Shown here one piece after another: positions 35,600 through 48,484 of a stretch of 64,000 bases of DNA; positions within the stretch are counted from its first letter, which is position 1, and every line of letters begins with the position of its first letter. The position numbers and the translations under genes are program-made. A model generated the notes under the pieces. The model made no database searches. It was not told the origin of the DNA and was given only the letters and a program-made list of their open reading frames with translations. The DNA comes from Eutreptiella sp. 'Long Island Sound 2002' (lineage: Eukaryota; Protista; Euglenida): assembly GCA_964036045.1 (NCBI GenBank), contig OZ038379.1:23994001-24058000 (forward strand), written 5' to 3'.

Positions 35600-37400
35600 G
35601 ATTTCTTGTTAGACGACCACTGTACGGCAGGAATCATCCCTAGGTCCCAACGTTCACACAGCCTTGGACCACCGTTAATAAGCTGTGGCAACCCTTTTGG
35701 GATATTACAATACGTGAAGTCCTTGTTGTTAGCATCAAAGGGGGGAACAAGTACAAACAAGTCATGTACCTGCTCAAAACTATCCATGTGGGGATACTAG
35801 GAAATCTTGGCTACCACGGGGCTCGTTCTCAAGCACAGAGGCAAATCTTCTTTTGGTGGACACTGGGTTGTGCGCAATAGAATCCGCAGATGCATCAATG
35901 TGATTATACCACAAAAAGGGAACTTGAGTCATCCAGGAGCTGAAAGACCTACAAAGATAGGTGGCAAACAGCAAGTGGCAAAGAAGCTTTGCTTGTTGGT
36001 GGGGAGTTTTTGTGATTGGTGGGCGAGCTTTGCCAAGGTGTTCAAAGGTACACCACGCCTTCTGGCCAAACAATATGGAATTAGCATGTGTTACACACCC
36101 TCTCTCCAACCCTCAATGTGTTGGGTTACAAACACAACGATTTTCAGTGTGGTGTCGTTTTTGGAGGGAGGTCCCATTTTTTGCATACCAACCATTTGCA
36201 TAAATGATGCAAGGCCTCACGCATTTGTAGATGTGTTTGGTCCTTTGCATCCATTCACTGATTGTTGCTAAGTGTTCACATGCATAGTTGGCCTTCGGTA
36301 GTTGTGAATGTGAAGGTTGCGAGGGCCACACGCGATGCCCTATGGCATATTCCTTTTCGCCATCCACTTGCCACTTTTGCGACCTATGTTTTCATTGCCG
36401 TAATTGAATGGTTCATGTGGAGGGGGGTGAATGATTCCCGTCGCTATAGATCTTTACAAAGCATGATTTGGATAGCGGGATTGTTAGCGCTTTTGCACCA
36501 AGCTCAAAGTACATGGAAGCTAAACCGCATGCCTAATGCCAAAAAAGGTGGTGTAACTATGACTTGCACAAATACCTAAAACAAGTGGGTCTAGGTCACG
36601 GGAAAGATTTGAATCAACAACATTGGGCTTGCGTGGCTTGGCTTGACACACTAGGTGCGTGCGCACCATGCATTTGTCAAACATGGAACCAACACTCCAA
36701 AAGGTAGTAGAGTCCTTGGCACTTCTTTCCATGAGCGACCGTTTGGTCGCATGTTCCCTAACCTTATTGACGGGGCTTTGCAATCACTTTCCTCTCCTCA
36801 TGTTCCTAGGTAAGTTGCTTGCGCTCTTTTTTACTTGGGAAATCGTTAGGGTAGTTTAAGTTTGGCCACTACTGCACCTATGCCAAGGTTGCAAGGGTCC
36901 GGCAGTCCCATCCATTCCGCCCAGCGCCGCAACGGCCGCAAATTTAGTACACATCCAAATGTCTTGCATTCCGAAAAAGCATTACACAGACATTGGGCCA
37001 CAAAATGTGTATGAAGTTCCTCGGTCGCCATGCAAGGCACTCGGCCATGGCACCCTGAGAGGCGCGGTGTAGTGATGGAGCAATGTGTGGTGAGTGACTC
37101 CTCTATGTGGAGGGCGTTGTTCGAGCACCTGCGGAAAAAGATGTGGCAAACGACACACTCAAATGACACATCCATGTGCCCACTCCGTCGGTATATATTA
37201 CTACAGCCGTGCGTTACGTGAGCGACGAGCTTCCCAAGCCTAAGATCCCCTCCTCTTGCCTCATCTGTACAATCTATTGGAACCTCGTACAACCTGGTAG
37301 AAGGTGTTCCCATGGCAATAGACTTTGGGTGCACTCTGCCTAGTTGTGTTTGCGGATTAGGTGCATGAGGAACACGTGGACAAGGCCACAAATGTGCCAT
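35600..37400 (+). mobile_element. Decayed non-LTR (LINE) reverse transcriptase remnant
   Basis: CINVIIPQKGNLSHPGAERP (~35890-35950) resembles the LINE RT start motif IPKKGD...NWRP; the downstream sequence is broken by stops. Confidence 0.35.
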
Positions 37401-38934
37401 TCCCTCATGTGCAAGCTACTTTTGTGGATTAGAACAAAGATTTGGCAGATGCGCATACACAAAAGATTGTAAGGACGGGGCAAGGCCACGTAGTGTGCCA
37501 GCAAGGACAAAGCTGCCGATTCTCACACCCTGTCAGCGACACTCTCATTCGGAAGCGACATCGCACCACAAATTGATATTGCTGAAAGTCAGTTGGCAAT
37601 TTCGGTACCCGCTGGTGTTTGGCTACGGTAGTAAAATGCTGGAACAATATATTTACATCCGTAGTGGGCAATACCGGCCGAACAATGCTGCATGTACGGT
37701 TGATGGCACGTTTAATATTACGCAATGTTGCCTGCATTTCAAGATTAGGTGGCAACCCGTTGGTGCCCGCAATCTTCGTAGAGAGTTCTTGATCTATGGG
37801 GGCGCCTTACTACAAGAACACGTCACGCACCGTGTCTTCTCCAGCTAAGTACAAACCACACAAGCCTCTTTCCCCCCGCTGCCACCAATGTCAATGGTGT
37901 GGCGCAAAGAGAAATTTGAAGGCCAATGGTGACCTTTCTGCAGTCTAGAGCACTGCGAAAGCGGACAAGAACAAGACAGGGGCACACTGTGAATGCATTC
38001 AGCTTATTAGCTCTCTTCTTCACTAGGCATGCACCGTAGTCAACCTTGGCCGTTTCAAGCACATTTCAAAAACCCAATAGTTTTAGGGGTGTTGCTTGCC
38101 CAAGCAATGCATTACAAAAACCCAATAGTTTTAGGGGTGTTGCTTGCCCAAGGAATGAGGATGCTCTCCATGTCCACCGGAGACGCTTTGATCTTCACCT
38201 TTCGATGGTTTTTGGGGATGGTGCCCTCACAAAAAATGGTCGGTCCTAGGGACCATTGCTGGTGAGTGTTTGAAGATCGGCCCTTACGGTCAAATCCTGC
38301 AGCACCAGGGAGCACGGGCTCCCGGCGGCAGTCCCCCGGGTCCGTGAGGGGGTGACGGGAAATGGGGCCGACGATGGGCATACGCTGTGGCAAAGAGTTA
38401 CCCCCTCCCAAGTCCCCCGCGCGCCCGAGGCCCTAAGCCGCAGAGTGCAGCGGTGGAAAGGAACGAGAGGGAAACAAATTTGGGACTCAATTTGATGTGT
38501 TCAATTCAATGCCGCTCTGCCAATAGCGCCATTGTCCGGAATTCCTACTATTGTAAATTGACAATGTGTCTCATCCTCTCCTGGCCAAAACCCGCACGAG
38601 ACACACCACCAGTCTTCCACAAAATGCTGCCACATGTCGCGAGAAGTGCAGTGTAGTTTTGGATAGCCTTCATGAAACGTGTGCATGCATGTGCAACGAT
38701 TGTTGTCCAATGGAGTTGCCAAAACAAGGGGTGCACAGGCATAGGCGACGGTACAGACGTCTGCTTGTGGGTACGGTCCACGTAGACCTCGCACCCTACT
38801 GCAGGCTACCGACCCCAGCCAGGAGGCACATCGCATGGAGATGCACACTTCCTAGTGGAGATACATACTTCTTTTGCACGCTTTCGCTCTCCCATACCTG
38901 AATTCTACTGAACAACATTTTCTCTTTTGAACCG

Positions 38935-39103
38935 AGGCCCAGGGCTGCCGTAGCGTTGGAGGGCCCGTTCTTCGCCCCGGTGTTTGCCTGGCAGAGCACG
39001 GCCGCCCGGGAGTGCTGCGTCATGTCCAGTGAGCACTGCGAGTTTGGGGCGCGGCCCTGCGCGCTGGCGCAGGGCGTGGAGTGCGGCAGCACAGCCAGCG
39101 AGG
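38935..39103 (+). pseudogene. 169-bp inverted fragment of the kinase-RING1 junction of the gene at 45483-48484
   Basis: Matches the reverse complement of 46151-46319 with about 11 mismatches, many of them C>T or G>A. Translates as PRAAVALEGPFFAPVFAWQSTAARECCVMSSEHCEFGARPCALAQGVECG. Confidence 0.9.
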
Positions 39104-42100
39104 TGACAGGAATAAAAAGCCAATGAAATTGTTTTCCACTCTCGTTGATTGTGGTTGACGCCAAAACTGACCTCCAAACCAAAGCAAGCAACGAGCCAAG
39201 ATCTCTCTCAGTGTATGCTTGAGTTTGTGTGGCAACACTGGGGCCTGCAGCACTGGTGCAGAGTCCGGGCAATCTGCCTGGGAGCCTAATTGCTGCTCAC
39301 CACAGGACTACTGCCAAAAATATAAAAATTCGCCACTTGCTCCTTTATTTTCCCTTGTCCCTTTGCCCTTTTGTGTATGTCCAGCGGCTCACAAGAAAAC
39401 CCTTGGTGACCTGGCCGAGCGCACCACCACTTGGGCTTTGGAGCGCTTGTCCCCCAAACAAACATTGTACCTCTTGTGCTGCCCTAAGCAAAGCCATTGG
39501 CACTCTGAAGGGACATGGGCATGAAGATGATGTGGCGGTCAGGTTGACGTGAGTACGCTCGCAGTACAGCGGTCAATGGCCATCCAAGGAGCCCCCGCCC
39601 CCCGTTCACCCATCCTCAGGCTGCCTTTATCGTGCAGGCCCCCCGCCCCTCTCCAGAGTGCAGGCTACACTGCCTGTCTACCCACATGGACTGTCTGACC
39701 TGACGTGGCGTGTACCGCATGTACGCACCGACTTGTCCCTGGGCCTCCCAGGTTCACTCCCCTGTTTGGATGTGTGAACGTGCCAATGCGCGTGCAGACC
39801 CATCGAGGCTCCTCGGACCCCCTTCCCCCCCCGGATTTATACCTCAAACCTACGTGGTCAAGCTCCGGCCCCCTGCCCCCATGACCTTCCCCTGGCTCAT
39901 CTACCCCCTGCCTTGCGAGAGCAACGCCCTTGTCAGAGCAACAGTGGGTGTTGTTTCTGGAACTTTTGGGGCCGTGGAATTGGGCGGTTCCTGTTTCTGG
40001 TGGTCCATGAAGATCACATTTTTGCGGTGATTTGAGGCTGGGGGATGGTATTCTAGGGATATTCAATACTTTTAAAACAAGACATGCCAGTAGTGTCCGG
40101 CAGGGGAGCTGAGTTCCGTTAGGAATCAGCCCCGTACCATGTGCCACTCAGTAATATCTGCTCCTGTCGCACCCGGGGCTCAGTAGGAACCAGCCGCGCC
40201 CTGTGTCGGACTCAGTAGGACCCAGCGCCATCTGATATCGGTTGCTATCCTGCCACCCACTTTCGCCTCCTTCTTGTCCTTTGGGGGTGGAGATTGGGGA
40301 ATCACCTGACGACTAGTACATTCGTGATGCAATAGTCACCGCTTGTGACCCCCTTGTCAGAGCAACAGCAGGTGTTGTTTCCGTCAAATCTTGGAACTTT
40401 AGTGTTGCTCTCGCCAGGGGGTGGGGGTAAGAATGTCCGTGTCCGCACTTTCGGCGTGTCCTTGGCTTTGAGGACAATATATTTCTTTTGTTTGCTCACG
40501 CTTCAGACACAAAGTCACGGTCCAATGGCGAAGACCAAGGAAAGCCCGCCATCCGTGTCCGACACCAGACACCCCGTCGGGTCCCAGTAGCTGCTGAGGT
40601 GTACCATGCGGACCCCTTCTCCTCTTCAATCAGGTGTCGTGAGGCTAAGGTACTGATCAGTAATGGAAGGATGCACGCATTATTACCCCCCCCCCCTTGT
40701 ATAAGCTACGCCCTTGTCCAAGCTACAGTAGGCGTAGAGACCGTATTAATTTGGGGCCTAATTTTAATTCGGTACCAAACGTAGTGCAGCCGCATAAGGC
40801 ATGGGTTTGGTGACGGATTTGCGAGTCACATAGAGTCATGGACACATTTGTTGTGAGTGTTTGCCATTTGAACCCAGCTAGCTCTGATTTTTGGGATGTT
40901 TGTGCATTATCACTTCCAACTTTGGCTCAATCAGTGGCCGAGCTAGGGCTGTTCACAAGTCTATCAAGTCAATGTCATTCCATAATGGTGCCTTGCTCAC
41001 GGAATTCCACCAAGGATACGATTCTTCCTTTGACCCATTGTATCTCCCCAAATTCAGCTTGGTTGCACGTGAGGCACGACCCAACAGTTTTCTGATTGGC
41101 TGCATCTCATGGGGATTGACTATAAGAGGCATGTTCGTCACTGTCTTCTCTATGACAGGCGATCCGCACTATATCGTGACCGCGGCAACAGGCACACATA
41201 CATCTCGTTGGGCAAACAATATTGTTGGTGATGTCATATCCGGCAATGCTGGCCACCGTTGCTCAGTGTGCAAGAACGGCTCGACACCACATAAAGCAAC
41301 CTGATTCTGCACGCCAATACCACCGACAGCAACAAGACTATGTGGCATTGCACACCGTCCAAACAGACGACGCTTGGGAGTGCCTATGCGGGGCAGAGCC
41401 ACTCAGCGGCATTCTCCTCCATCTTTCATATGCTCCATGACCTCTCCATTGTTCACGTCGCGTATGGTTCCAAACAAGCGAGGGCCCACAACCAAGAGGC
41501 CAAGGTCACCAGGGTTATCGCCATTCACAACCAGGAATGGGCAAACGGGGGTCCATTCCACAAAACCTAACATCACCTCTAGAATCTCCAGAAAGCGCTG
41601 GGGACCCCTTCTTGTGCTTGCTATGATATGCTCATTCCATACTATCATCGATTCTGAAATCACGGGCGGCGCTCTGAGCGACTTTGCTCTCGCGGGCACG
41701 CTACATCGTCCTCCATGTACTCTACATCGTGTTATCCCGCTTTTCTCGTTCTGAAAAGTACAACCTATGCCATAGAATCTGCGCATCTCACGGATTTTCA
41801 CAAGAATCAACAAGGTTGAGTCTCAATTCGTGCTAAATGAAGGGAGTGAAGTGTTCACAAAGATTGAAAACAAGGACAAGTGTGGTCTATAGGTCCTCAG
41901 GGAACAGAAAACATCAGCGCCGACAAGGTCAGGCTAAGCCGTAAACAGATCTGGAGGGAATGAGGAGGGATAATGACTAAGCAAACCTAGATACAAGACG
42001 TTTTGCCGCCGATGAAGCTTCAATGAAGCGGAATGTCTGAGAGCGAAACAACTACTGGCCTTGTGGTGTAGGTAAAATAATTCCCATAGTTTGTCTTTCT

Positions 42101-42618
42101 TGGGGTTCCGAGCTTTCCTCTTGAGCATATAGAAGTCGCATCGGATCCACACCGACAATTTCGTCCATTGGACCCCCATGCACTCCAGTGATAGGTCGAA
42201 GCGCAAGCGGTGTGACAGCTGGTGTACAGGGACAAGTAAGCAGAGAATGAGCTGCTGCGGGTTAATTGGTGTCCACCATCATCATCATCATCATCACCAT
42301 CCTCATTGCCAGAGTTCCCCAATCTATCTGTCGCCCGCCCCCTCCAAGGACTCACGTCCATAGCTGGCAAGCACTATCGATGTGCTTGGTACCGGACCGG
42401 GTTGTTGCAACGCCGAAGCATGGCTCGAGCTCCGTGGATGGTAGCTTCCATGAGGCGCGGGGGGGGGGGGGGCTGTGGGGACGTGACGCGTGAGGGCTAT
42501 CAAGACATCATCTCAAACACGAACCGGGCTCACCAAGGTTTGCAACGTCTTACCAAAGATGTCATTCAAATGCTCAACAGGTAGTACAACTTGAATGGAA
42601 CCTAGGAATTGTAGGGTA

Positions 42619-44162
42619 CAGTGCCACTGCTCCAGGAAGAATATGATTATAAGAATATGCAGGCGACAAAAAATCCAAAAATTTTAAGAATATGTGCAGC
42701 CTAGGAATTTCGCCCGTATTCCATGATTTCATCAACTTGGCATGTGCATGAAACAAGAAGGTCACCCCTACCACCTCAAGGGCGGAGGTACCATGCTCCT
42801 TGTTTCATGCGACATTCACATCCAAAAAAATGCCAACACATGCTACATGCACATGCAAGAAATTGCCAACACATGTATGTCCAATAACTTCCAACTCTTG
42901 TGCGTTTCGTCCTCAAGGGGGAGTGCCTTGCAACAACACCCATTTTCCCTTTGGCCCATATTCCTCCAAGGGAGGCAATGCTTGTTACCACAACACCCCT
43001 TCAAAATTCAGGACATATTCACCCTTGTGGATGCCCGTGTGGTACAATTTTGAAAAACGGCCAATGTCCCACCCCACTTCGCGGCCGTAATCCAATGCAA
43101 TGCACAACTTGAGTTTTTTCAAGTTGTGCATTGCCATGTCCTCAGGGGGTTGGGGGACTATCTCAGCCCATGCGGGCTTCACGAAATGCCCTTGTTGGTC
43201 AACATTCACGGGCCCAAGCACATCCGAACCATCTGATGCCCCATCCGAATCAACCTCATCCACCTCATTCTCATCATCACCGCCTTCCTCTTCATTTGCA
43301 TCATCATCTTCCTCTTCATCTTCCTCCTCTTCATCTTCCTCCTCCAAATCACTTTCAGATGGAACATCACCACCATCATCCAAGCTGAAAGTGTACTCCT
43401 CCTCCAAACCTTGGAGCTTAATGTCCTTTTGGTTGGAGAGGTCTTTTGCCAAGCCTGAACCAGTTTTCAGGGCCAACCTGTCAAAATCCATCTTTGCACA
43501 CACGTGGTCCCAAGCATCGCCCAACCACTTTGTCAACAAAATCCTTTTTTCTGAAACAGGGACCTGTCCATTCACTATACGATCATTGTTATCCTCCTCC
43601 TCCAACCACTCATCATATGCCCTGTGCATGTGATTCTTACACATTCTTCCCACCCCTGCATCAATCACAGCAATCTCATCAGTGCATTCTGCTGGTTCTA
43701 AGTGCTGCTTTGTGTTGCACTTACGCCGCAGGAGGCGCCTGAATCGTGCAGTGGTCTGTGCTGACAAGTCGTCGGAAAACAGGCAAACCTCCTCTCGTTG
43801 GTTGATGGACTGCAAGAACGGCTTGAAAACCCGGAGGACCCACTCACATGCAATTTCTTCATTGACCCATGCCTTTTTCTGCCAAAACACTACAACTCTG
43901 TTGTCATACTGCCGAGTCTCTACTTTAGGGATTCTTTGCCCAGTGCCCTTGAACACAATCCCTGCCTTTGGCTGCACGCCCCCTTTGGGAATGAATCTGC
44001 AGCAAAGCTGCAGGCTGCAGTCCCTCTTAACATCAGTTCCACTGTTGGGGGGCAACCTGACCCGTGGACCATCCTCCTGACAGTGCAGTGTGACAGGGTC
44101 TTTATTTCCAAAATAGCAGGGCACTTGGTCCACATCATACCCAAGGAGGAGGGGGGCGCCCT
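42619..44162 (-). mobile_element. pogo/Tigger-family transposon, 3' half: DDE_1 catalytic domain, acidic linker, C-terminal barrel-like domain, TIR
   Basis: DDD motifs VDQVP, LFSDDLS and VIDAGV, plus QKKAWV. Open reading from ~44140 to 42985, with one premature TAA before the tail LPPLEEYGPKGKWVLL (ends 42913). TIR TA|CAGTGCCACTGCTCCAGGAAGAAT at 42617-42642 matches the reverse complement of 35551-35577 at 23/27 positions. Confidence 0.88.
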
Positions 44163-45482
44163 GATGTGACTGGTGACTCACAGGAAAGGGAAAGTGTGTG
44201 ATCATCGTGGGTGGCTGGCCTTGAAAAGATCGCCGACCTGTTGGGAGTGGCATCCCAGAAGGAAGGAGGCGTGGTCACTGGGTGCCTTCATGTGCGTGTG
44301 GTGGTACCACCGCAGTTTTCCGGACTTAGACGTGTGCGTGCGTGCGTGCGCGTGTGCGTGCGGCATCAGGAGGTGTGCATGCGTGCGCACGTTCGTGGGG
44401 GCATCAGGAGGATTTTACCCGATCAGCATGTGGTGCTGGAACGGTGTGGCGATTTATAGGCTATTTGTACCGTTGGATTGTGTAAGGGCGGAACAAGTGA
44501 TGTAGAGAGGGTCCATTCAAATTCATAGAAAATTCAACTATGAAGGTCTGGTCGGCTGAGGGATCAGTTGAACGGCCACATTCCGGATCGAAGGGGCTGG
44601 TCGAGGTGCTCCAAAAAAACACCTTTCGAGCGAGCGGTCAAGCAGGGGCGAGTGGCACCACGTTTCCGGGAACAAGGACATGACATCGGGTTTCAGCGGG
44701 TCGGGCACCTGCATACATCCCACGGGCGAAGGCTGCATCGCGAAGGAACTTCAGGTCAGGACTCAGGCGGGGGTGGGTCGGGCGGTCCTGAAGGAGGGTG
44801 ACACCAGAGGTCCCATGTTGAGGGGTGCGGTGTTGTTTTTTTTTGGAGCACCGTGGAAATGTCGACTGTCCTGTTCACAAGAGCCGGGGGCGGGGGCGGG
44901 CGACTGCCTTTGGTTCCTCGGAAGCGGCTGCGACGCTGGAGCGGTAGGCTGAGCGGACGATGTGGATGGCGGAACTGAAAGGAATGGGGTGAACGGTTCT
45001 TTAGGAGCGGGTAGGGGGGGGCGGGGGAGGGGGGGGTGAGTGCAAACCACAGGGGCATACGGGAAAAGCCCTCCATACACCACTCGTCCCAGCCCCCCGC
45101 ACTCCGTGAGCGTCACAATCCACTTCAGAAAGTCGCCCTTGGATGCCAATGCCATGGGAGCACGACGGGGTGCAGCTACTGCCCCCGGGCGGTGAGTGCG
45201 GGCTGCCCCGTACTGGCCCCCAGGGGATGGTCCCGGTTGCCTGTGGGGGATGGGGAGGACGCAATGCGCTGGTGTGCACCCGTACAAATACACGTGCAGT
45301 TGTCGGGTCGGATGAGACTGCATCGGCGCAGGCAGAGGGACGGTGCGGATGGATCCTCCGGCAGGGGCGGACCGCTGAGCCATGGCGCGGGTTGGGCGCT
45401 GCCGGGGCCTACCGCTCCCTGCCATCCGCCTTCCCTGCCCTCTTCCTGCCCGTGCGGTCCATGTGGGGGGTGTCAAAGGGCG

Positions 45483-48400
45483 TCACGCCACGCCCAACTC
45501 ACGAAGTTCGGCGTGCAGCTCCTGGCAAACGCGTTGCCGAATGGCAGCGGGCAACTGATCCAGGTACGCCCGCGCCAGCCTTTGACACCGCTGGCGACGG
45601 TGCGCGCTGAAGGCCTCCCAGGGTCGAGGGAACAGACCGTCCACCCCCTGCGGCCTCTCCCGGCAGCGGGCCACATGAGCGTGCGCATCGGACCCACAGT
45701 CCGCGCCACACCACGCGCAGAACGCGCAGGGGCACCTGCTGCATTTCAGGGCGCAGCAGCCATCGAAATCGATGTACGCCTGCCCGCACCGTGGGCAGTG
45801 GGCCGTGAGGACCTCCTCCACGAGATGCTTGCGCGCCTCCCCCGTCTTGCGCTGCTGTTCGTCCATCTGCCTCAGCTTCTCCAGTTCGGCGGCCACCATC
45901 TCTTGGAACCGCTTCTCGTGAGCCTCCACCAGCCGCTGCTCCATCATCCGGATCCGGACCTTCAGGTAGTCTTGGAATAGATCGGACGGCACATGCCCCG
46001 CCACCCGGTCATCCGCAAAGGCGCACCCCTCGCACTCCGACGGGAACTTGGGGCAATGCATCCGGCCCTCGCGCAGCTGCTGGACCCGGACGTCCTCCTT
46101 CAGGAAGGCCCTCACGCACTCCACAAAACAGGCGTCGCACACAAAGTGCGCCTCGCCGGCCGCGCCGCCGCACTCCACGCCCTGCGCCAGCGCGCAGGGC
46201 CGCGCCCCAAACTCGCACTGCTCACTGGACATGACGCAGCACTCCCGCTCGGCCGCGCTCTGCCAGGCAAACACCGGGGCGAAGAACGGGTCCTCCAACG
46301 CCGCGGCAGCCCTGGGCCTGGGCGCAGGCTCGTCGCTGCACAGCCGGTCCGCCAGCCGCGCCCCGTCCTCCTCCAAGCCGACCAGCCCGAGACCCTCCAG
46401 GACCTCCCCAAGGCACCTCAGCACCGCCCCAAGGCTGTACATGTCGCTGGCCGTCGTCGCCCCCGTGTGCAGGAGCTCGGGCGCCGCAAACCCGCGGCTG
46501 AACCCGACCCTCTGCGTGGTGGTGCAGATGTGCGTCACCGACGTCCGGACCGCCAGGTCCACGGCCACATCGAAGTCCGCCAGGCGCACCCGGCCCTTGG
46601 CACACACCAGCACGTTGGAGGGCTTGAGGTCGCTGTGGATGATCCCGATGCCGTGCAGGTGGGCCACTGCCTCGAAGAGCTGCAGTAGGGCGCGCCGCAC
46701 TGACACGGCGTCGGGCCGGCGCGCCGCCAGCCACTGGTCAATGGGCCCCTCGTCGTAATACGGCATCTGGAGGCAAAAAAAGTGGTGGTCGCAGTCGTGG
46801 AAAACCGCCACGACCTCCACGACGTGGGGGTGGGCGGCACGCACCAATCGGCCCGCCTCCTGCAGACATATCTTCAGTCCCCCCTCCGACACAGGGTAGC
46901 ACTTGATCGCAAACTGCTCGGTGCCCAGCGCCGCCTTGTACACTACGTTGCGTGAATGGGTGCCCAGGGGCTGTCTATCATCAAAGTGGTCCAGCCGTCG
47001 GTCCGCTTTCCACAAATGGAGGATGGCCTGCGGGATGCCCAGCCCCATGTACCCCACAACCTCCGGAAACTCGGCCTCGATCTGTGCAACGGCCTTTGTG
47101 GCATCCGTCAGAGCAGACTGCCGTTGCCGCACCGTTCGCTTGGCTGTCTCGAGTGTCTCGACGAGGTCCTCGGTGGGTCTGCCACGGCGCTCGGCGCGTC
47201 TCAACGCAGCCTTTGCATCATCGAACTCCTCTTGGGCATCCAGCAAAGCCTCTTTGGAATCGGCCAGGGCCTTCAGAGGGCCGTCACGCCTTTGTGCATC
47301 CACACCGGGCTTCAGAGCGGCGATCTCCTTCTCCCACCTCTCCAAATGTGGCTCACATGTCTGAGTCAAGAAGGCAATCTCCTGCCGGTATGCAGCCAAT
47401 TCCTTCTGAGACCCCCGCAGAAGGACCTCTGCGGGAAAAAGCGCGACCGGGTCGAACTCCCTTCGATGCCTCAGCTCAGCCTCCATCGCCCCATCTGCCT
47501 CCACCATCAGCCGTCGCAAGCTCTCCATGCCATCCAGCGTCTCGCATGGGATGTCCCTCCGCGGAGGCAGCGCAAAGCAGTCGCACGTGCGCAGCGCGAG
47601 CTGCACAGCCTTCAAAGCCTCATCAGTGGCGTTTGCAATGGCTTCATTGGAACAGTGCTTGACCCACGAGTCATATGCATCAACAACCTTTTGCAGATGG
47701 ATCCCCGGGCACACCTCGAGCCCTTCCGCAGTGGGAGACTGCCAGTGGACTTCAAGATGTGAGCCATGGATCCAAACACTCCGCCGCCCACTGTGAAGAG
47801 CCTCCTGCTCCCATTGCCCGTTCTCAGGGTCCGTGGCACAGCCAAAAACGTGCCACTGACTCCCAAGGCGTGGGCCTATGTCACTCCTGGATGAAGCGCA
47901 CTCGGATACGGCGCTTTGCAACTCGCGCTGCATCTGCTCCAGACGTTGTATGCGCTGCCGTATGCGACCAACCGCCCGCTGGCCCAGGTCATCATTGGCC
48001 TGCGCGACTGAACGTGACACCAGTCCTGCCCCCTGGACAAAATCGCAACGGATCTCCTGCACCTTCCGCCACAGGTCTGCACGGCAGCGATCGCGGCCTC
48101 GCACTAATCCATCGATTGCTTCCTCGACATCGGCAACCGAGGATTTCGGAGGCATTTCCGCCGCTCTTTGGCGGATGCTGCTTTGTTTGCGGGAGAGGCT
48201 CTCACGGTGCCTTTGGAGCTCCATTTCCAATGGCTCGGGGCTCAGAATACGTACCCTATCAGCCCTCAAGGGTACGGCGCACCTTAACCTGTCCACCAAT
48301 GTTAAGAAAGCTGCAGGTATGCCCTGGAGCATGGCACCACCGTCTTGGGGACGCTGTTGTACAACGTCATGGAACTTCCGGTGCAGATGGAACACGGACT

Positions 48401-48484
48401 CTGATGCGGGCACATACCCCCCAGGGATGGTCTGTACTCCTTGTTCAGCAGTGCAGGGGCACGCAAGGCCCTGCATGGGCTCTC
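45483..48484 (-). CDS. Large terminal exon: coiled coil + protein kinase + RING1 + Rcat/RING2 (RBR-like E3 ligase)
   Basis: About 1000 codons open. Kinase motifs FAIK, QEAG, HSDLKPSN, DFD, GFAAPE and DMYSLG. RING1-like C..C..HFVCDAC..CPKFPSEC. Rcat-like CPRCGQAYIDFDGCCALKCSRCPCAFCAWC. Phase-1 acceptor catctgcttttAG|GA at 48486-48485 (alternative at 48441-48440); first ATG at 48476. Confidence 0.9.

Noticed and set aside
37400-38400. Tyrosine-recombinase-like or RT-like remnant (SLGMHRSQ; GADDG)
   Set aside because: Motif hints are too short and contradictory to assign; a 48-bp local duplication at 38067/38115 is the only firm structure.
40900-41813. Possible gag-like remnant on the minus strand (LGRYNGSKEESYPWW)
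   Set aside because: One weak motif among stop-broken frames; not enough to call.
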